Part shown: positions 37,833-52,882 of the stretch, in pieces
Layout: each line of letters begins with the position of its first letter
Position numbering within the stretch: the stretch's first letter is position 1
Program-made: the position numbers and the translations under genes
NCBI GenBank assembly: GCA_964035545.1
Contig: OZ037767.1
Span: forward strand, 12,224,581-12,288,580
From: Bugula neritina
Taxonomy: Eukaryota; Animalia; Bryozoa
DNA: 64,000 nt
Reading direction: 5' to 3'
The notes under the pieces: model-generated
Database searches by the model: none
What the model was told of the DNA's origin: nothing
What the model saw: only the letters and a program-made list of their open reading frames with translations

Positions 37833-39831
37833 AGGTGTCATTGCCTAAATTAGCATTTAGCTGCTAGTATTTACCTGCTAGTATTTACCTACTTTTAATG
37901 TCTGAAAATATAAATAATGTTTTTAATCCAAGCATCACATCAAAATAAATAAAAATACTTCATGTCAAAATGGTTCTAATCATTTTAGCACATGCTCTGT
38001 TAATACTTCCTGTCATAGCACACGATGACATAGTAGCGTATTACGTAGTGATACACTCTTATCATGTAGTGATATACCGTATCATGTAGTGTTATACTGT
38101 ATATCATGTAGTGATACACTGTATGAAATTCTAAGCAAGTGTAGGTGGTTATAGCTACTTAAAAAGTTAGTTACTACTGAAAATGGAAAATTGACAAAAA
38201 TAATATACATAATACTGAGACTACCTTGGCAAGTCCTGTAATCTAGATAGGGAGATAAATCCACAGTAGTCAACAACACAATACTAGTAATAATAAAATC
38301 TGATATTGGCAGACCTGTTTACTGTTACACCACTGCGTGAGCAAACAGTCATGTGGATGATGCAGGATTAGCTTCCTGGATTCCTGTAAAAGATAGTTTG
38401 ATTAAATGTAACCAACTGCAACTTATTTGGCAACATGATGATGAAGGTAAATGATCTACTTGGCCTTTTGACAAATAGTTTCTTAACAAAATGTTTTTGT
38501 TTTTTTTTGAGCTTATGAAAGTGATTAACACTAATCTTATCATTAAGAACTTTATGTGGCAACTCCTATGATTTCACAGGAGAGTATTTGAATATTTTCA
38601 TTCAGCCTTTATCAGCGTAATCTTAGTGAAAAGTTGTTTTGAAACCTGAGAATAAATTGCACTGGAATTTCTTAAAAACAATGTTGACCTATGTTGTTGG
38701 AAATTACACTGCGTGCCTCAAGGAAGTTTCATTGTAATGTACTCTATTATTGTCAACAGGTTGCATGACATTCTTTTTATACAACATGAGGTTTGGAGCA
38801 TAGATATAATATATACTTATTGTCAACTATCCTCAATCTTACAACCAGCTTACATTATGGTGAAGATGTAGTAACTGTTTGTATTAGATGTCTGCAAGCA
38901 TGAATAAGATACCCAACAAAATAGTCTGCAATCACCTGATTCATCAGCTATTATTAGATTGTTTAACACTAGAAATATATTGGGCTCAGCTAGTCTTATT
39001 CATACACTGAGGATTCTGATTAATCATTTTACTGTTAAGCTGATAAATTTGCCATTTGGCTGTCAAACTTTCAACATTTCTTTGTCCTTGAACCACAAAG
39101 AAGTGTGTGGAAATTTCAAAGACAAACAGGCTTTTGTTATTGATGAGCTGAAGAGTAGAGTGACCTAGGTCAATATGACAGATCAGAAGTGCTGAACTAT
39201 GACTCAATGCTGTCTGCTTGAAACTATGCCATTATATTTCATTAGAATAACATAACAAACACATTGTCATATAACTTTGTGGGCCAAACACTGCAACTAA
39301 ATTTCAAAAGTACACTGCTTTACTTAGGTCTTAGAACATTCATTTAGACATAATGAAAACTATCAGTGGTAGTAAAAGTTATGAACAATATACACTAAGT
39401 AATGCAGCTAAAGAGGTTACCCGCAGCACTTAACGGGATTTTCTGAAGACTATAATAAAGATTCAACGGTTCTGATTTATCGTAAGAGGATCAAACAGTT
39501 TCATTAATATCAACTGTAAGAATAAAAAAGGTTGTAGCCAACAACACCATTTCTTTATAAGTATCGTCGTCTCTGAAAATCAATGAATTTTATACATATA
39601 GAGGCAAACAATTATCAAAACTCTGTTTCCTTGCAAGACTTTTGCAAATATTCAATTCAGGAAATGCTGAGATCTTGGTTTAAACTCTTTTAGAGTCAAA
39701 CTTTTGAAATTCTTTGATTATATGCCAAAACACTACTTATAACGGGCTGATAATATACTAGTATTTTATCTCCGTTATCAGTGAAAAACTAAATTCTGAT
39801 CAAGTTCTGCTTCTCACTTTCACTTGCGTTT

Positions 39832-39925
39832 TCTAGTTATCTGTGTCTCACAAATTTAGCGTCTAGTTTCCTGTGTCTCACAGATTTAGCGTCTAGTTAC
39901 CTGTGTCTCACAGATTTAGCATCTA
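39832..39925. repeat. 30-bp tandem repeat, 3 copies
   Basis: CTAGTTTCCTGTGTCTCACAGATTTAGCGT. Confidence 0.8.
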
Positions 39926-41467
39926 AAATACTGTATAATATGTTTAAAACGGCAGAGTAACTCAGCTTTAACTCACTTACAAACAAAGAAATCTTCAAAA
40001 GCTAGTTTATGCACAAGTTTGTCCTTTTTTAAGTGGTGTTCGTTTATGGTTTTTAAAAATTCACCTGTTCAATCCAAACTCTATGCCCAGAGATATACGT
40101 AACAACTCCAGTACATGAAATGAAGCTTTGATTGCACACATTGCTTGCTAACACACTGTCCAACTTGGCAATTAAGTAACAAAGTAGAAACTTTGGATTT
40201 TGAAACTTGTTACTTTCCATGCTCTCACTTGAAGATTGACTTCATTGCCTGTTAATAGATCTTTGTACATGTGTTGCAACATACCAGGCAATAGAATTGC
40301 AGTATATTTGAGCCTTGCTGTTTTTCATTAGTTTCCTTTTAGACCAAGTAAACAAAAGTGATCATTGGACTATAAGGTGCTGCAAAATTTTTACTTTGTT
40401 CATCCCTATGTTATAATAGCTTGTTTTGCTTTACAATATAATCACATTATACAACATAATCGCTATTAAGAACATTTTAGTTATTCTGTTTTTATCTGTT
40501 AACACTCTTGCAACAGAAGATGACCATTTTTCTTCTGCTATAAAATACCGATTGCACTAAGCAAAATGTGCAAGAACCATGAGAAGAACAATAAATTATT
40601 TAGGAGTTGTCTGCTTGTAGAGTTGCAGCCAACCAACCAATAGAATGTGAACTTGTCTTTGTTTACTTTTTCTCTCAGTGAATTGACCAGTTACTCATTT
40701 AGGCATTCCAAAAGATGTAAGTTTATCATAACCTGCCAAACTCTTAACAATATTTGAAGCACTTCTTTGTGGATTTTGCATGAAACCTGCTGACTTCAAG
40801 TGCCCAGACGCACTAAAGCTAGCAGTGCAAGATTTGTCCTTCAAAAAGACAACTCCCACAGAATAGAATTCCTCTTGTTTTTAATTTCCAAGACTTCAAG
40901 CAATAACAATAATTTCCTCAATGAATGTGGTGCAAGAACAGTCAACTGTATGAACACATTATACTATAATTGCTTTGCTCCAGAAGTCTTTCCACTCCTA
41001 CATTTTTGGCAACTCTTCTAGCATTTTGACAAGCTGTTATTATGACTTACCTACATGTTTTGCAATACTTTTTACAAAATGAATCATCAATATTTATTGT
41101 GTGGTATGCTCATAATTGATAGGCTTGCCAACATTACATGCTGGCTAGTTATTTCTTTGACCCACAACAGTTTTACAGCTTCAGTTTGACGAAATGATAA
41201 GCCTTTTCATAGGTCAATCTGATATCGCCAGCAGTGTATTCAACAAATACATGTGTTGATGAAGTTTTTCAATTTTATTATCAACTTGTCAAAAGCAAAA
41301 CTTTGGCCAATGCACTGTGTCAAAAGAAGTTCATCATAAATAGAGATATATACAAAATATACAGTATTTACAAGCTCATCCAAGCAAACATTACAAAATA
41401 AATTATGATACATTACTATAGAACAATATATACACCATTCACATTATAACACCTGTTTTGTGCAGGA

Positions 41468-42924
41468 TCACAGCATATGGCTGTTACACATGGGACATTG
41501 AACTTTCTTCTTCAAGCAATTTTTCAGACATTTCCCATGGAAAATATGTTTGCATGGCGTGATTCGAGCATGTTTCATAACACTCAAACAAATAGCGCAG
41601 ACATCATTGTAGCTACTAAGCTCTACATCTGTGGCTTTGTCAAAGTTACTGAGACACAGTGACTCAGAGTTAATCTTACTGACTATGACTTTGAAGCTTC
41701 TAACTGGACAATATATTAAGAAATAGAGCACCGGTATGTACAGCATGCAGAGGTAAGGCTGAGCGGCAATGGCACTGATGGTGAGCACTACCTCAGCTAG
41801 CAGGATCAACCCTTCTGTGTAATACTGCTCTAAGCCCTCCATTATTTCAATGTTCTGATTCTCCACGACACATTTTATAGCGCTGAGAGTATTAGTGTCA
41901 ACTAGTGTAAAGTAAGCCAAGTTCATGAAGCCAAAACCTTTTTGGCAAACGATATCTGCAGCAATGAGAGATAGGAGTGTTATTCTGTAGAGAAGGTTGG
42001 TTGGTGTGTTTGTAGCAGGCTGTTGGACATTGCTGACAGGCTGTACATACTGTTTAAGTTGCCAGGATATGCAAGAATATACACCAGTTATAGCTCCTAC
42101 ATACGCTGCTGAGTACAGAGTAAGTCCTTCCGTGGCAGTGAATGAAATGGAGACAAACAAGAGCTGCTTGATCCAGTTTGGAGTGCTTCTATTGGTAGTA
42201 TCATGCTTAGCAGATTGTGAATGGTGATAAAGGTCTCGGAAGTTAACGGTTATGTTGAGAAGTTGACTGGTTGGCGTGTAGACAGCCAGGAAGATTGACT
42301 CACAGAAGCTGTTGCTGGTGGACACAGAGAGGTACGACAGAGCCACAGCCACACCAATCAGTAGAATGACTAGGATGGCCGAGTAGTTGACATACCACAG
42401 ACCTCCGTTCACTGGTGCACCTTGGCTAGCAATGGCAGCAAGGAGGGCAGTGCTCACTGTAAGTATAAATATAGACTATAAGTGACTGTTTACCACACTG
42501 CTTACACCACACTGTCTACAACACACAGCTTATACTGCATAGCCTATAATACATGGTTTACACCAAACACTGTTATGTATATTAAAGAGGTTAGCATTGC
42601 AGTTAAGTTATTCATAATCAACATATTTAGCAGGTGCTTACCAGGTAAACTAGTACAGATTTGGTAGAGCTTTTCAAATCCACTTTGTGATGGTTTGGAG
42701 AGATTCTGTAAAGGGGCATCTTCAACCAATTTGGGTGCACTGATTGCATGCTTGTCAGAATGGGGAGTTTGCTTGTTGGAACTCTTAGAGATGTTGAAAG
42801 TTATTTGGTCAGTTTCTGAGGACAGCATGATGGTGCTCTGCTGCAAGAAGACAAAATTGATAAGCCAACAAGTCCCTAGTAGTAGCTGCCCCATCTGCTT
42901 ATTAGTATAAAACATTGATATCAT
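41468..42924 (-). CDS. Multi-pass membrane RING-H2 E3 ligase, RNF145/RNF139(TRC8)-like, about 449 aa
   Basis: Two ORFs joined by a phase-1 intron 42563-42458 (G|GTGTAA...TTACAG|); exons 42924-42564 and 42456-41468. Several hydrophobic segments and a C-terminal NDVCAICLSVMKHARITPCKHIFHGKCLKNCLKKKVQCPMC (C3H2C3), resembling the TRC8/RNF145 RING. A likely 5'UTR exon ends at donor AAG|GTAAGG near 43118. Confidence 0.8.
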
Positions 42925-44155
42925 TGACTCTGTTGACCCCCCTTCATCGATCTGGTTCAGGTAAGTGAGAAAAGTTGCATTATCAAAGTTAACAACATTT
43001 AGTATTACATGATGGCAATTTCACCTTATTAACAACTAATACTATATAGTATAAGCTTTCTTGCAGTTATAAATCTTATTAAATTTGAAAAAAATAAGTA
43101 ACAACTTGAAGCCTTACCTTTAGTTTCTAATCAGGAGCAAGTTTGGTAAATATATTAGTTGTTTTCCTCAATACAACTCAAGGTTCGCTGTTTTGTCTTC
43201 AAAGGTTTGTAACAATCTGGAATTCAGTTCAGCGGTCTATCAATTTATATCAATGTTACACGTGACTGCACATTCCATACTGCAGTGCCGAGCGTGAATC
43301 TTCGCCTTTGTGAGGGAAGGATTTAGAAGCTTAAATCTCCCCTTCAAAATATTATATTAATTCATCAAATATACTTGATGCATTGCATGCTTTTGCTCAA
43401 AATAAAAATATGAACAATTTATTTAATAATAAAATGTTAACAAGCTAAATGTAAGTCTGTATATTTGTTGCAAGTTATCAAGTGCATGCTAATCATACCC
43501 CCTCTATTAAAAATATCTACTCCACTCCATGTCAAACTCTAGCAAAATTCTGCGTTTTGTAATCATCATTATTGCATTCAGATCCGGTTCAGCTAGTACT
43601 ATTACATAAATCGGTTTCTTATTCCTTTGCAGTTGTATCACGGTATAGTTAGGGCAAAGATTTTACAAGTTACTTTTAAGCTTGAAGTAAGATTACTTAC
43701 ATTATTAGGTATTTTTTATATTCTATAACTAAGAACTAGGTCTTAAATGTATGCTCTAGTTTACAACACTAACATACCATACAATAGCAACTGCCATCAG
43801 ATAATTATTTGGATTCTGCTTTCAAGACACAAAAAAGAGGAAGTGAGTGCTATGTATATGCTGAAGTTTTATGCATATGAGTTGCCTAGTTAGACTGCAT
43901 GTCAAAAGTACATGTATGCCTCATCAGCTGGGCAACCATACAGATGCAGGTTCAACAAAATCTAGTAGAAAAACCCCACCAATTCAACATGACTGGGGAT
44001 TAGCTCTTGCTGGACATTTCCTTAGTAATTACTGACCTTTTAATAAGTTTATAAGACAGGATTTTCAAGAATACAGTCTGCTATGCTTTCATTATCACAC
44101 TCAGTGCTAGCCTAATTACTTTGATATATTTCTCAAGTTAGCAAGACAATAAAAA

Positions 44156-44354
44156 TTATAGCACCTATGTAGCATCTGGGGAATATAATATAGTACATAC
44201 TTATAGCATCTCTGTAGCATCTGGGGAATATAATATAGTACATACTTATAGCATCTCTGTAGCATCTGGGGAATATAATATAGTACATACTTATAGCATC
44301 TCTGTAGCATCTGGGGAATATAATATAGTACATACTTATAGCATCTCTGTAGCA
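44156..44354. repeat. 45-bp tandem repeat, about 4 copies
   Basis: TGTAGCATCTGGGGAATATAATATAGTACATACTTATAGCATCTC. Confidence 0.9.
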
Positions 44355-45821
44355 ATTTGGAGGTGTAGTTTGATGCCAGTAAAATCAGTAAAAGCAACAT
44401 TACAAGAAGCTCTGCAACATATCACCATCAATCAGGTGGAGGCATTACATTTTGCTTGTGATGGGCATATTTATAGGCAAAAAATGGATATTTTAAATTT
44501 ATACTGTGTGCACTAATGTTGAACTGAAGCAGTTTATATGTCAAGCAGCAACAACCCACCTTCAAGGCTACCAGGTGAGGTGCCAGTACTAAAACTATGT
44601 AGATCTTCAAATTCGCAATACTTCAGTATCCATTGAGAGAAACCAGATTAGCTTGTTGGTATTTGACAGCTATAGCAGATATAAATATATGCAAATGGTG
44701 ATTTCATAGGATGCAAAAACGACAGATCAAGTTTGTTGGTCTGTAATAAATGAAGCAGTGTTGGTTGGGTTTGACTGAATGGCTAAAATAGTTGTAGGCT
44801 GTATATGCAGCAGATGAATGGGGGTATTGGTGAGGTAGCAGAACATAGCCTGTGCTCTACCAACAGCTGTGGGTAGCAGAACATAGCCTGTGTTGTTATA
44901 GAGATATGTTGACCAAAGTTGTTATAGAGATTAGAGATATGTTGAAACTATGTTTAAAACTAACGTGGCCAATAATTGGAATTGCCTGAATAATCCAAAT
45001 TTTAAAATTATGTCAGTTTAATAAAAGCTACCAACACTGTGTGCATATTGAGTATATAAGGTTGAAAATCACATGCCATACAATAATACAATGCAGATAT
45101 GCTAGCATGTCCCCTTGCTGAATGGCAAGTTTTGAGGGAAATTCTTAGCTACTATAAGTAAAGGACAGGAAAATTCATCTGAACACTGGGAGGTGAGGCT
45201 ATTATTAGCATGAACAAGTTAGTAAAGCATTGTCACAGATCTGCATCTCTAACAGATATCCAGAGTTCAACTCAAGATGCTGTTTATTGATCTTAGAGTA
45301 TTGTTAATTGAATATGTTTATAGCCACACCTAGGGCAGGCATGTAACATGGCACTGCCAGCAAGCGTGTACCTACATGGACTCGTCACGCCTGCAAAAAA
45401 CCTCTCCCTTGCAGCAAATAAACAGCAAGTGTGTTCTTGTAACTTGCCAGAAATCTCTAGATTTACTGATTTATTCACAAATCCTGAGTAAAAATAGAGC
45501 TCTAAATCACTCTCAAGTCCTCCTCAAGTTACTTTCAATTCACTCTCAATTTACTTTCAAGATAATCTCAGGCATTATGCCTTTGTGTTCTTTAGGACTT
45601 GCACTGATTGAACGTTGGCTTTTTAGTTAGAAGACCCAATTTTGGAAGGTTTAGGATGGAGTTTCTCAATATTGAGTGCAAGAATGGAGATGTTTAAAAG
45701 ACAGCATAAATGGATAGTAGAATGAGGCTTTCTTTGGCAGAGTCAGAATTCTGAGAACAATTTACCTGTTGTATAGCAGATATCAAATGTGTCGATTACA
45801 AGAATAGTAAACCCTTACATT

Positions 45822-45902
45822 ACACATGGTGATACATGATGATACATGGTGATACATGATGATACATGATGATACATGCTTATACATGCTTATACATGCT
45901 TA

Positions 45903-45952
<50 letters not shown>
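45822..45952. repeat. 9-bp repeat (GATACATGAT-like) followed by (GT)n
   Basis: Direct reading. Confidence 0.9.
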
Positions 45953-45955
<3 letters not shown>

Positions 45956-46897
45956 TGTATGAAACATTGCACATTTAGACATGCATGGTCTATGTTCATA
46001 CTTGTTAGGAATGCATAGCCCAGTGCATAGGCTCTACTTTTCTGTGTGGGTGGACATCATTTCTAACTATGCACATCCTGTATCAAGTCAAAAACCTACA
46101 GCACTCAATTTCAGTATTGAAAATGTGCAGTGCATGCACACACAAGCCTTAAAGCATAATGCAAGATTTTGGGATTGACGTAAGTGTAAATTTCTAGCAC
46201 AGCTTGATACAATGCCTCATATCATGTTAATTTGATTTCATTTAAACTCATCTGCTTTCAGGATGTAATGCTTTCATTATATAACAGCAAGACAATTTTA
46301 AGCAAATATCAAGTAAAAGAAGATGTGAAACATTGACGTCAAGTCACTAATGAAGACAAGAGTTTAAAATTACTGACTATGCAACACACGCATATCCAGG
46401 AACTCGAATGGCATGTGGCAGCAGCGAAATGCAGCCCTGGCACATGATTATGTAACAGCAACTGCTTACCATGAGCTCCAATAGAAGTCAGCAGTTTAAT
46501 TATACAATAACTCACTACATTTCCATGCTTGCATTATGCAAATGGTTTTTTATTGACGTTTAAGAACAGTTGCACAGCAACTACAAATTCATCGTGGAGC
46601 ATCCATTGCATAATCCTAATCAATGAAAATACAGTGATAGAATTATAACTGGGCCATAGTATATCTCTAATATGTTGTTAAACTGTTAAAATATGGTATT
46701 GTTATAGTAATGAATGCTCATTGTTTATCTAGCATGGCATCAGCTAGCCAATTAATGTAGGAAAAGTCAAATATCCGAAGGAAAACTTCTGATACAAATT
46801 TGTTATGTAAAAATTTGTTCGAAGTCTCGCTATTGATTGTGTGTTGACTATTTGATGCAAAACCACAGGACTCTAAATGCCTAAGGCATTATTTACT

Positions 46898-47027
46898 TCT
46901 GCACTAACTCTAGAGTGAGACTTGAGTCACCTCTGCACTAACTCTAGAGTGAGACTTGAGTCACCTCTGCACTGACTCTAGAGTGAGACTTGAGTCACCT
47001 CTGCACTGACTCTAGAGTGAGACTTGA
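46898..47027. repeat. 34-bp tandem repeat, about 4 copies
   Basis: TCTGCACTAACTCTAGAGTGAGACTTGAGTCACC. Confidence 0.9.
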
Positions 47028-49571
47028 CCTGGAGCCTATATTATGTCTTCACCAACGACCTACATGAAAAGGAGTTGATAATCAACAGACTTGTATGAAC
47101 TCTGCAACACAGAATAAGGATAAAAATAATCACTCAATGCAGCGAAACTTGAAATTATACTGTTTGTCTGTCTGTTTGTTTGCCACAGAAACAGCAAAAG
47201 TAGTTAGTTTAATATCTGTTATACAAACTAGATGATATATAAGCACTTGTAACTGTAGAGACAGCCAGTATTGGTAAATAATCTATATTTGCAAAAGAAT
47301 AACATTAAAAGTTACCATAACCAACATAATGTCATCTAGCTTTTCACATCATCATAGCAACTGTTGTTACTTAAAGTTACAGAGATGAGCAAAATTCTTG
47401 TTACATAAAATTGGCAAGTCTTAGTGTGCTAAACTTTTAAATTAGTTATATTAAGATTTGTTACCAATCAGCACTAATTACAGAAGCAATAGCTGCTAGA
47501 CTCCAGTATATCACTTATTCAAATTCAAACCTTGAATATTTACATACAGGCATAGCTGTTGTTGCTCGTATCAACACCATTGTCACATAATGTATATAGC
47601 ACATTGATTAATTTCAAAGGTAAAGCTGCCAAGTAAAAAACTCACATGTGAAAAACCCTGATAGCAAGAGCTCTTTAAAAAGCATTAAAGCTGGCTAAGG
47701 ACTTGTTTCTAATGTGATACAGGAGCAATTGCATTGGCTGAATGCCCTTCCTAACATGACTGCAGCCTGTGCTTTACTAGGCCAGAGCTAGTATTGACTA
47801 ATGGAGCAAAAAGACAGTATAGCTTATTGTTAAACTTGAGTAATTAATGCTACCATAAACTTACAAACATATACATATAATCATCTGTATACAGCATTCA
47901 AGCTTCTATCAAGAAATATGAATCTCCGTGGTACACCACTGACATTGAGCCATAACATTATAGGGTGGAAGCATTTTCATCGCCTTTATAGGCTATATGT
48001 TCACAATACTGCAATAAAGAAATTAAAGATCATTCTAAACAGTGCATTATAAAACTTATCATTTGCATGTGCTATAAAAATTTGACTACTTACTTTGCCT
48101 ACGACATTCTTGTGGGTGTAACTTTAAGGATTGAAATCTTCAAGATCTTGTCACTTGATATTCTGCTATTTTTAACTCCTCAAGGAGGTTCCCTCTGCAC
48201 AGTAATAAAACAAAGTTTATATAATGGTTGAATTATATGCAATTTTGACTGAGTTTTGACTATTAGCAAATTAACCTCTGCTCAAAGCTATACCTCAATT
48301 CATTAAAGTACATGAGGAATGAGCTTATATTCTAAACTTTCTAATGACTAATAGTTGAGCTAGAACATATTTACAAGGCTTATAGCAGAACAGAAGTTTT
48401 ATAGGTCTGGAAGCATTCTCTTGGACAAAAGTTCTCAAAAATCACACTTACGAATATTTATGAAAATGACTTTTGTCAAATAATTTAGGGTTAAATAATT
48501 CCTGTATGGTTGGAAAGGTAAACGGTTCCTTGGTATGATGACAATAGTAAGCACATCTGTCTGGTGGGGAGAGGTATATGAAATCTGCTACCATATTTTC
48601 AAGCTGACAAGTATATGAACAAAAAGAAAATTCTCCCAGCTTTCACTGCTCTGCAGATGTAAACAGTGATCTGAGTAGAAAATTGTGGTCACCATTTCTC
48701 TTGCTTTGTTTCCCATACTTAGTTGTTTTCAAGTAATATTCTTGGCCTAAAAAACCTTCATTAATTTCTCCATTTTAGTCAGCAGAAAAAAATAACCTGC
48801 TTTAACTCATAGCCAAAATTATTTTTAATTTGAGTTGTTATCTTGCATATTGCTACATAATGTACAGGTATAGAATAAGCTATGAATATAGATTCACACG
48901 CAGCTTATAACTACATTTGAACCCATCCATCGTACTGCCATGTATTCTAACTTTTCTAATAAAACAACAATGAAGCAATGACTTTAATTAGTTTTGAAAA
49001 CTCAGAAAACACAGCAGCCATACTATCCAGTTAACAAAGTGTAATGATGGATGAATTGGCAGCATAGGATTCAGGATCACAACAGCTTTGATATCAAATT
49101 AAGGAACACAAATATTTTAGTAGCTGATGAATAACTCACCAATGGTGAATAATGAACAAGTGAATAAGCTGCTAGTTTATAAATGATAACGGGAAGTACC
49201 AGCTTCCTGTTTACATGGAATATCACTGCCAGGGAATCTCCCCACCCTAGTCTGGTCTAAAAATAGAATGTTTGAAGCGAAATTGTTATTGTTGTTGGCT
49301 GTCTGATATGTACACTGGGATATCCCTAGCAAAGGTTTTGACATAAACCAGACATTTTAATCACCAGAGCTGCGTTTATATTATAGTTCTTATGCATGCC
49401 TGAGCATTACAAAAATACTTTATCATCTTAGCAACTGGCATGTATTCAAAACAGCTGTAATTACCAGGCACTATGTCCACATGCTGAATAGTAGATGTAT
49501 GTTAACTAATTCTAATTTGAGCACATGAAACTATTAGTAATACAATGTTTTCATCAAATTTTATCGCTCTC

Positions 49572-49672
<101 letters not shown>

Positions 49673-51611
49673 CCTATAGCCTTATATATAGGCCTATATA
49701 TAAACTTCTGTTGCTTGCACTGCAGGAAACATCTTATAAAAGGAGTTGGCCCAGATCAAAAAACAGATTGTAGGACAATACTATAACTGAAGGATCATAA
49801 CAAAACAAGCATAATTGCTGAGATACTATTATTGAGAACACATACATACACATGGATTTGTATTTTCAAAATCAATTTTTTACATTAGATCAAAATTTAT
49901 AGTTTGACTGCAGTCAGCCTGCACTGCAGCTTTTACAAGTGAATTATAGACTCTAAATGAAAAAATATCCAACCAATACTAAGGAGTAATTTACAATCAT
50001 ATCTAAACGCATTTATAGAGTCCAGGTGATAAAAGTGAGACAACTCATAAGAAGCATCCTCTTTTAAACCAACTACGAATTACTGGAATAATTTCATGTC
50101 AATATATAAACTAATACATAATTTACCACCAAAGTTATAGGCATTAGAAACAGTGGCATGAAACTTTAATATTTAGCAATTTATATAATTTATAGGATAA
50201 AAATGCACTGTATGTTCAGTTATCATTTAGTTTAGTTGCAACAGAAAATGATCACAACAGCTAATATATGTATTCCATACTAATCAGCTACTTCCCATTT
50301 GTAGAATAAATTAAAAGAAAAACCCATACAGGTTCTTCCGCTGAAACTACTGCAGTGATAACATAGTTACAGTATTAACAACAGCATAATAGAAATGCTT
50401 TGGCAATGGTAAAGACTAATGTGGTGACACTAGCTATGTCTTTGGTACTCCGACAGTAGTATTGACTACTAGCACCAACAGTGGGTGACTCTAGTTGTGG
50501 ATGTCAGCATTGTCTAATGACAAAGCAAAAGTGATAGCAGTGCCTTTTGTGGAAATACCTGCAGGTGCTCCCTGGCTTTTATTTTGATAAAAACTATTAT
50601 TTATTTTAAAATATTTAAAAATGTTTTTCTAGTTCATAAATTATTAGAGTACAATTTGTCTGAAGTAAGTTTAAGAGGAAATTAACTTTTTCCATTCATG
50701 TTGACAGCAAAAGTAAGCATGCCACACACCCTGCTTGTTGAACTCTGGTATTAGTCAGCACATTCTAGAGATGAGTATTACAGAGCCAACGATAGGGTGA
50801 TGTTGGGTATCGGATTTGTTAACACATGCATTGCTAAGAGAGAAGTCAAGATTCAGTCGGATATTCACAATAATATGCTCATTAATCAGGATATACAAGT
50901 GCAGATTGTGTGTGGTAGTCTAGTCTAGATGACTAGATATAAGTAGACTTAGGTATGAGCTAGGACTATGTTTAGTCTGGGAGTAAGAAGGATAAGGTAA
51001 TGTACACAGGTAACAATCGACTGTAGTTTAACTCTAATCCCTATAAGTATTCAACAAGTAAACCACAGAAGTTGATGGTTTTCCGTGAGAGCTAGATAAT
51101 CTTTCAGCAATCTAGAAATATGGTTTTTGCTGACAACCGGTTCCTAATTTAGCAATAAGCTAAGCAACTTCTGCTTTACAGACTTTACAGAACAGTTGAA
51201 GCTCTCATTGCAAAAAAATTTATCAAAAACTTCTTAATTTCAGTACCATAATCTTCTCTCGTTTTAAGGAAACCTACAAAACTAAATTCCGGCTTACAAA
51301 TTAACTTTACCTGGTTCTATCTATAGCATTACAACAACACAGAAAAGTAAAGACTTTTCGCACAAAATTTTACATGACTAGCAATAGGAACAAATGCATA
51401 TTATATATATTATATGTATTTCGTAAGCCTAAATTTGTATTTAAAATGAGCGACTTGCACTTTCATTAACTATGAAACTGGGGAACTGCCCAGAATGACA
51501 ATACAGGACTTTATTCTACCATAAAGTTGCTGGAAGACACATTCTACACACAGCTCATGAGCTTAAAGTTTAAACAATATGCCTATACATTCTGTGGGAT
51601 GGACCTGGTTG

Positions 51612-52320
51612 ACAGAGTTAACTCTCAGGTGGGATAAAAGTAAACGGACAGGTGGGATAAGAGTTAACTGACAGGTGGGATAAGAGTTAACTGACAGGTG
51701 GGATAAGAGTTAACTGACAGGTGGGATAAGAGTTAACTGACAGGTGGGATAAGAGTTAACTGACAGGTGGAATAAGAGTTAACTGACAGGTGGGGTAAAA
51801 GTAAACGGACAGGTGGGATAAGAGTTAACTGACAGGTGGGATAAGAGTTAACTGACAGGTGGGATAAGAGTTAACCCACAGGTGGGATAAGAGTTAACTG
51901 ACAGGTGGGATAAGAGTTAACTGACAGGTGGGATAAGAGTTAACTGACAGATGGGGTAAGAGTTAACTGACAGGTGGGATAAGAGTTAACTGACAGGTGG
52001 GGTAAGAGTTAACTGACAGGTGGGATAAGAGTTAACTGACAGGTGGGATAAGAGTTAACTGACAGGTGGGATAAGAGTTAACTGACAGGTGGGATAAGAG
52101 TTAACTGACAGGTGGGATAAGAGCTAACCCACAGGTGGGATAAGAGTTAACTGACAGGTGGGATAAGAGTTAACTGACAGGTGGGATAAGAGTTAACCCA
52201 CAGGTGGGATAAGAGTTAACTGACAGGTAGGATAAGAGTTAACTGACAGGTGGGATAAGAGTTAACTGACAGGTGGGATAAGAGTTAACTGACAGGTGGG
52301 ATAAGAGTTGACCCTCAGGA
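51612..52320. repeat. 23-bp minisatellite (GACAGGTGGGATAAGAGTTAACT), about 30 copies
   Basis: Highly homogeneous tandem periodicity of 23. Confidence 0.96.
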
Positions 52321-52882
52321 TGAAGATAAGCTGTTGACATGATGGGCGATGAATCATAAACATATGTGCGCCTTCCTAAGAATTTACACTTAGTTTCCTA
52401 TAAATTTTACAATTTTATCATAAGAGGGAGAAAACTTACTAGAAATGATTGTCTGAGACTGTAAGTCCTGAATGCTAAACTAGTATCTCCAATATTATTT
52501 GCTGCTTGAATGTTCAGTGAAAGTTCAAGGAACAAACTGCAACTCAACATAGAATATGTTTCACATCTAGAAGTATCTCTATGGTAGTTCACAGTGTTAA
52601 TCTAACTGTGCACAGGCAATGGTTTTTGTTTTTATGATAATGGAACTTTTAAAGGAATAAACATATAGCTCATATTTTATAAAAAATGATTATAATTTAC
52701 TACAAAGTGCCCAATAAAATGTAAAACTATCACCATTCAGAATATGAAACTATAGATATATTTACAAATAGAGTTGTATTTACATAATTTACATGACAAC
52801 AGCCCCACTATATTTTCATCATAGCGTCATGTGAGACACACAGTCTAACCATCAGGTGTGGCTGTTTAATAGAATCCCTCAT

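Noticed and set aside
39410-39765. Helitron-like ends (TTACCCG...ACGGG; ACGGGCTGATAATATACTAGT)
   Set aside because: Too degenerate to define boundaries without a repeat library.
51612-52320. CRISPR-like regular repeat array
   Set aside because: Units are contiguous with no unique spacers, there are no cas genes, and the context is eukaryotic.
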